Positions 59,164 to 64,000 of a stretch of 64,000 bases of DNA are shown here, one piece after another; within the stretch, counting starts at the first letter, position 1, and every line of letters starts with the position of its first letter. Where the stretch lies: NCBI GenBank assembly GCA_963677435.1, contig OY781945.1, forward strand, positions 192,001 through 256,000, given 5' to 3'. A model generated the notes under the pieces. That model saw only the letters and a list, made by a program, of their open reading frames with translations, was not told where the DNA came from and searched no databases. Made by a program: the position numbers and the translations under genes. This stretch comes from an uncultured Aliarcobacter sp. (GTDB lineage: Bacteria; Campylobacterota; Campylobacteria; Campylobacterales; Arcobacteraceae).

Positions 59164-60495
59164 TTATTTTTTGAATACTCTATTGAAAATTTTATCTACA
59201 TTTTTTGTATAGTATTCGAAGTTGAAACATTCTCTTATTTGTTCTTCTGATAATGAATTTCTTAATTCTTCATCTGCTAAAAGATATTGAAGATATAAAG
59301 ACTCACCTTTTTCATTTGTTGTAGGTTTTCCATGTTGAATCTCTTCCCAAACTTTCATCGCATTTCTTTGAATAATTCTATAAGCATCTTCTCTTGAAAC
59401 ACCAGCAAGTGGTAATTCAAGTAATACTCTTTGAGAAAATACTAATCCACCAGTTAAGTTTAAATTTTTCATCATATTTTCAGGCATTACAGTTAAGTTT
59501 GCAATTACACTATTCATTCTGTGTAACATGAAATCACTTGTAATAAATGCATCTGGTAACCAAAATCTCTCCGTTGAAGAGTGAGAGATATCTCTTTCGT
59601 GCCATAAAGCAACATTTTCCATAGCAGGAATTGCGTATGATCTAATCATTCTTGCAAGTCCAGTTATGTTTTCTGTTAAAATTGGATTTCTTTTATGTGG
59701 CATTGCAGAAGATCCTTTTTGACCAACTGCAAAATATTCTTCACACTCATAAACTTCTGTTCTTTGTAAATGTCTTACTTGAACAGCAAATTTTTCAACA
59801 CTTGATGCAAGTAGTGCTAAAGCAGTTGCAAGTCTTGCATATCTATCTCTGTGAATTACTTGGTTTGAACATGGTTCTGGTTTAAGTCCTAGTTCTGCCA
59901 TTGCATACTCTTCAAGCTCTAAAGGAGCGTGAGCAAAGTTACCCATAGCTCCCGAGATTTGACCAACAGCAATAACTTCCATAGTCTCTTCAAGGTTTTT
60001 AAGATGTCTTGCTACTTCATCGTACCAAACAGCTAAAGTTAAACCAAAAGTAATAGGCTCACCATGAATTCCGTGGCTTCTTCCTACCATTAAAGTATAT
60101 TTATGTTCTTGTGCTCTTTTTTCAATAGATTCCATAAGCATTTTTACATCAGCAATAATAATTTCTAAAGAGTCTCTCATTTGAAGAGCTACACCTGTAT
60201 CAACTGCATCAGAAGAAGTCATTCCATAGTGAAACCATCTTGACTCTTCACCTAAAGATTCAGATACGCTTGTATTAAATGCAATTAAATCATGTTTTGT
60301 AACAGCTTCGATTTCTTCTATTCTTTCTACTGAAAAAGTAGCATTTTTTACTATTTTTTCGCAATCAGCATCTGGAATAAGTCCAATTTTATTCCAAGCT
60401 TTAACAGCAGCTTTTTCTACTTCTAGCCATGCTGCATATCTTGCTTCTTGAGTCCACTTTGAACTCATTTCAACTCTTGCGTATCTTTCTACCAT
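59164..60495 (-). CDS. purB: Adenylosuccinate lyase
   Basis: TKHD, HYGMTSSD, GRSHG, GSSAMPHKRNP, WHERDISHSS. Confidence 0.97.
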   Translation of the reverse strand: MVERYARVEMSSKWTQEARYAAWLEVEKAAVKAWNKIGLIPDADCEKIVKNATFSVERIEEIEAVTKHDLIAFNTSVSESLGEESRWFHYGMTSSDAVDTGVALQMRDSLEIIIADVKMLMESIEKRAQEHKYTLMVGRSHGIHGEPITFGLTLAVWYDEVARHLKNLEETMEVIAVGQISGAMGNFAHAPLELEEYAMAELGLKPEPCSNQVIHRDRYARLATALALLASSVEKFAVQVRHLQRTEVYECEEYFAVGQKGSSAMPHKRNPILTENITGLARMIRSYAIPAMENVALWHERDISHSSTERFWLPDAFITSDFMLHRMNSVIANLTVMPENMMKNLNLTGGLVFSQRVLLELPLAGVSREDAYRIIQRNAMKVWEEIQHGKPTTNEKGESLYLQYLLADEELRNSLSEEQIRECFNFEYYTKNVDKIFNRVFKK

Positions 60496-60642
60496 TTATA
60501 TGTCCCTTATAATCATGTTTCTTGAATTTTTATTAAATATTTTTATTAATTTATGTATGATATGGTATCTAAATTACACCAATATAAACTTAAAAAATCT
60601 GTTAAAAAATATCAGATTTCCAAAAAAGAACAGGATTAGAAT

Positions 60643-61539
60643 TTGCCATTTACACTAAAAAAACATAAAGCTATCAAAGGTAAAAAAATACAAATATTTT
60701 TGATACATGAGTTAGGTCTAGACCCGAAAATAGGGCAAAGGCTTACATCAAAAGGAAGAATTTTTGATGAGAATATGAACACTATAAATACAGGGGAAAC
60801 TATTCCGACTGATTACATTTATATAGCTGTTTTTGAGGGTGTTTCAAGGGGTTTAAAACCTCTTCTTGAGTTTACTGATTTTGCAATTTTTGATAAACCT
60901 ACAAACCTAATGGTTCATCCTATTTCTAAAAGTACCCCTTACTCTTTACTTGATGAAATTAGGTTTCATTTTGGAGAAGATGCAAATTTAATTCATAGGA
61001 TTGATGCGGAAACATCAGGTTTAATTATCGTTGGGAAAAACAAAAAAAGTGAAATAGCTTTAAAAGAGATGTTCCAAGATAAAAAATATCACAAATCATA
61101 TCTTGCCATTGCACAAGGTGAAATAAAACAAGAGATAAGAATAGACAAAGGACTTGATAGAGAAGGACTTGTAATTGGGGTACGAATGAAAGTTTGTGAT
61201 GATGGAAAAGAGTCTGTAACTATTATAAAACCTCTTAAATACAATAAAGAAAAAGATTTAACTCTAATTGAAGCATTACCACTAACTGGACGACAGCATC
61301 AAATTAGAGTTCATTTACACTCAATTGGGCATACAATTTTAGGTGATCCCATTTATGGAGTTGATGATGATAGTGCAGAAAATTATCTAAATAAAACCCT
61401 AAGTCTTGAAGATAGATTTGAAGTTACAAAATCAAGTAGATTATGGCTTCATGCTAATTATTTGGAGTTTACATACAAAGATGTAACTTATAAAATATTC
61501 TCTAAAAACAAAGACCTTTACAATGAATTTTTAAATTAA
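60643..61539 (+). CDS. RluA-family pseudouridine synthase
   Basis: DKP..LMVHP, HRIDAETSG, TGRQHQIRVH, GDPIYG, LHA. Confidence 0.93.
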   Translation: MPFTLKKHKAIKGKKIQIFLIHELGLDPKIGQRLTSKGRIFDENMNTINTGETIPTDYIYIAVFEGVSRGLKPLLEFTDFAIFDKPTNLMVHPISKSTPYSLLDEIRFHFGEDANLIHRIDAETSGLIIVGKNKKSEIALKEMFQDKKYHKSYLAIAQGEIKQEIRIDKGLDREGLVIGVRMKVCDDGKESVTIIKPLKYNKEKDLTLIEALPLTGRQHQIRVHLHSIGHTILGDPIYGVDDDSAENYLNKTLSLEDRFEVTKSSRLWLHANYLEFTYKDVTYKIFSKNKDLYNEFLN

Positions 61540-61662
61540 TCCATTGTAAAAAATAAAGAAACAAGAACAATTATAAGCTCAAAAGAGACTAAAATAGCTA
61601 AATCTTTTTTATTGAAGTTTCTATTTTGAGCCTTATCTTTATTCTTGAACACTATTTTTCCT

Positions 61663-61989
61663 TTATTGATTTAAAGAGCAATTAAAACAGTTGCTAATAT
61701 CATCACAAGCTGCACAAGCAGGTGCAGTTTTGCCAATACAATCATACAAATATTTTTTCCATCGTTTATCTTGAGGTTTTAGTTTTGCTAGAGAGGTGAA
61801 ATTTTTGCTCATAAATTTCCCCATTTCTTCTCTACTTTGTAAACCTAAATCTGAATATAAATGTCCCATTTGTAGTGAAGTCTTGGCAATCCAAGGGGCA
61901 AGTTCATCTTTTGCATATTGGTCATTTGCATGACTTTGAAGAAGTTTTAAAATTTCACTTTCCATTGATAAATGTACTAAACTACTCAT
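61663..61989 (-). CDS. nifQ: Nitrogen fixation protein NifQ (Mo donor for FeMo-co)
   Basis: HLYSDLGL.SR..M..NF..LA..K...RWKKYLY and C-terminal C..APACAACDD..NCF. Confidence 0.85.
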   Translation of the reverse strand: MSSLVHLSMESEILKLLQSHANDQYAKDELAPWIAKTSLQMGHLYSDLGLQSREEMGKFMSKNFTSLAKLKPQDKRWKKYLYDCIGKTAPACAACDDISNCFNCSLNQ

Positions 61990-61999
61990 GGGATACTCC

Positions 62000-62995
62000 T
62001 TATTTCACATCACAAAATTCTAGTTCTAGTGATTTTGGTTTTTTTAATCCATTATTGTTATCTATAAATAAATTATTCAAATTAGTTAGATTTTTAATTG
62101 AATGGGGAATGAAACTTAATTTATTATCTTCAACATCTAACTCTTGAAGATTTACTAAATCACCTATTAACTCAGGCAACTCTTCTAGTTTATTAGAACT
62201 AACTGACAAGGTACTCAGTTTATTTAACTTACAAATATCTTTTGGAAGTTTTGTTAATAAATTATTGTCCAAAATCAATATTTTCAAATCTTCTAAACGA
62301 CTAACATCAAAATCTAAAGATGTTAAATTATTCCCACTTAAATCAAGTTTTATAAGCATATCATGGGATTCTAAAGACGGTAATTCTTTTAAACTATTTC
62401 CTTCTAAAATAAGAGTCTCTAACTCTTTGATTTTTGATAAAGAAGAGGGTAAAGAAGTTAAGTGATTAAAAGATAAATCTAAATAATATAGTTGTTGCAT
62501 ATTTTCAAATATATCAGGAATATCTTTTAACTCGTTGGTTTCAAGTGAGAGATATAGAAGTTTTGATAATTTTTTAAAATCTTCATCTAAACTCTCAATT
62601 CTATTTGCAGCAAGAGTGAGTCTTGTAAGGGATTTTAAATCATAAAAACCTTTTGGTAAGGCTTTTAATCTATTTACATTTAGATTCAATATCATAAGAT
62701 TTGCTAGATTTCCTATTTCTGTTGGTAACTCTTCTATTAAATTATTTTCACATTGAAGATTTCTTAAGTTTTTTAATTCTCCAATTGCTTTTGGAAGTTT
62801 TCTAAGTTTGTTATTTGATAGTTTTAAAACGCTTAGATTTCTTAAAACTCCAATAGATTCAGGTAAATCTTTTAGATTCTTTTTTGATAAATCTAAATGT
62901 GTTAATAACTCCAAATCATCTTCAACGACTGACATTATAGGTGTTAAATCGTTAGCTCTTATCCATTTTACAAAATGTTCGATATCGTAACTCAT
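62000..62995 (-). CDS. Leucine-rich repeat protein (about 12 repeats of ~23 aa)
   Basis: Repeated LxxLxLxxNxLxxLPxxIxxL units; no signal peptide. Confidence 0.92.
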   Translation of the reverse strand: MSYDIEHFVKWIRANDLTPIMSVVEDDLELLTHLDLSKKNLKDLPESIGVLRNLSVLKLSNNKLRKLPKAIGELKNLRNLQCENNLIEELPTEIGNLANLMILNLNVNRLKALPKGFYDLKSLTRLTLAANRIESLDEDFKKLSKLLYLSLETNELKDIPDIFENMQQLYYLDLSFNHLTSLPSSLSKIKELETLILEGNSLKELPSLESHDMLIKLDLSGNNLTSLDFDVSRLEDLKILILDNNLLTKLPKDICKLNKLSTLSVSSNKLEELPELIGDLVNLQELDVEDNKLSFIPHSIKNLTNLNNLFIDNNNGLKKPKSLELEFCDVK

Positions 62996-63240
62996 TCGTC
63001 ATCCTTTAATCTATCATTTTTTGCATCAATTAAAAATGCAATCTCTTCATAGTCGACTTCACCAAACTCTACCATGTTAAATAGAGCCATTAAAGGTCTT
63101 CTACAACAAGTCTGGCTACAGCCAGTAACAAGTTTTTTTGCTTTTTTATATGGTAAATCAGTATCTTCAAATATTTTTTGAGCTTGAATAATAGTCATTC
63201 CACCACATTCACAAATTTGTTTATCTTTTAAATTTTCCAT
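62992..63240 (-). CDS. BFD-like [2Fe-2S]-binding protein
   Basis: ICECGG ... VTGCSQTCC spacing resembles the BFD / NifU middle domain. Confidence 0.6.
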   Translation of the reverse strand: MENLKDKQICECGGMTIIQAQKIFEDTDLPYKKAKKLVTGCSQTCCRRPLMALFNMVEFGEVDYEEIAFLIDAKNDRLKDDE

Positions 63241-63246
63241 TATATA

Positions 63247-63453
63247 CTACTTTAAGTATGGATGTTGTTCTTGAAACTCATTAACTATTTTCATTGCATT
63301 TTTAATATCTTCGCTTAATTTTGGTAATCTCACATAATCAGTCCAGATAGTGTCTTCAACGATGTCATGAACTTCACCTGCTAACTCAACAACTTTTCTT
63401 TTGTATTTAGCCAGCTCTTTTTTTAACTCTTTTTGCTCCGATGTTAATTCCAT
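63247..63453 (-). CDS. Rop-like (CCE_0567/DUF683-type) nif-associated protein
   Basis: 68-aa two-helix protein with LAGEVHDIVED..W; next to nifQ. Confidence 0.7.
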   Translation of the reverse strand: MELTSEQKELKKELAKYKRKVVELAGEVHDIVEDTIWTDYVRLPKLSEDIKNAMKIVNEFQEQHPYLK

Positions 63454-63462
63454 AATTACTCC

Positions 63463-64000
63463 TTAAATTGCGTATAAATTATCTAACACGATGTTTGGTT
63501 TTTCTCTCAAATACATAAGTTTAAAATCTCCATAGATTCTAAACTTATAGCTTTGATATAAATCAACTATCTCTTTTACATTTTTTGGAGCATATCCATA
63601 AATGCTTTTTAATCCACGATAATATAAAACCCCTCGTAAAAGCTTTTCAGCATCTAAAAAGGCTTCATTATCCATAATCCAAGGTGAGATTTTTATAAAT
63701 CTTTTGTTTACCACATAAGAGTGTAAAAATCCATATCCAGTAGAGAGTTTCAAAGAATTAGTAAAAACACAATCTGTTTTTAAATACTCTTCTCTATTTA
63801 AATTGAAAACTTTTTTATCAACTCTTTTTGCAACTTCTGAGTAGTGTTCACCACTTACTTGTTTTGCTGTTGAATTTGAAAAGTTAAAAGCAACAGATTC
63901 GCCTGAGTGCATAAATCTTAGAAAATCACTATAAGTTTTAAATCCTAATTCTTCCAACTGTTTACTTTTATCATTTTCAATTAAAACTAAAATATTTTCT
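63463..64000 (-). CDS. Hypothetical protein, possibly GNAT-like (5' end outside the window)
   Basis: Reading frame stays open from the track's TTG (63957) to the window end; D..F..NR..YL and ISPW resemble an acetyltransferase C-terminal domain. Confidence 0.55.
   Translation of the reverse strand, partial: ENILVLIENDKSKQLEELGFKTYSDFLRFMHSGESVAFNFSNSTAKQVSGEHYSEVAKRVDKKVFNLNREEYLKTDCVFTNSLKLSTGYGFLHSYVVNKRFIKISPWIMDNEAFLDAEKLLRGVLYYRGLKSIYGYAPKNVKEIVDLYQSYKFRIYGDFKLMYLREKPNIVLDNLYAI

Overview
AT-rich chromosomal window of a Campylobacterota bacterium, most consistent with Arcobacteraceae (inferred from gene content and sequence style). Most of it is housekeeping and metabolic: gltX, rlmN, hisF, rsmA-rnj-kdsD-rluB-rarA-hemJ-PIN/PhoH, accBC, gatB, gpsA, nrdAB and purB. 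It also holds a lactate-utilisation cluster (lutABC, two-component system, TRAP transporter, Dld-II-type dehydrogenase), an anchorless SdhA/B-like pair, and hcp with a perfect FNR-type box. The right edge is the tail of a nitrogen-fixation cluster (nifQ, LRR protein, BFD-like protein, Rop-like protein). The most unusual locus is 54399-55665. There a putative abortive-infection (putAbiC-like) gene sits between nrdB and a thioesterase, tightly bracketed by two different palindromic elements: a TA-bounded ERIC-like 112-bp element and a ~220-bp nested multi-hairpin element. Other notable observations are an unannotated 33-aa membrane protein, an apparent ATC start codon, a shared operator motif in the lactate cluster, and an ArfA/ArfB-like gene pair. 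I found no rRNA, tRNA, CRISPR array, transposase or integrase. All product calls come from motif recognition by eye; no database searches were run.
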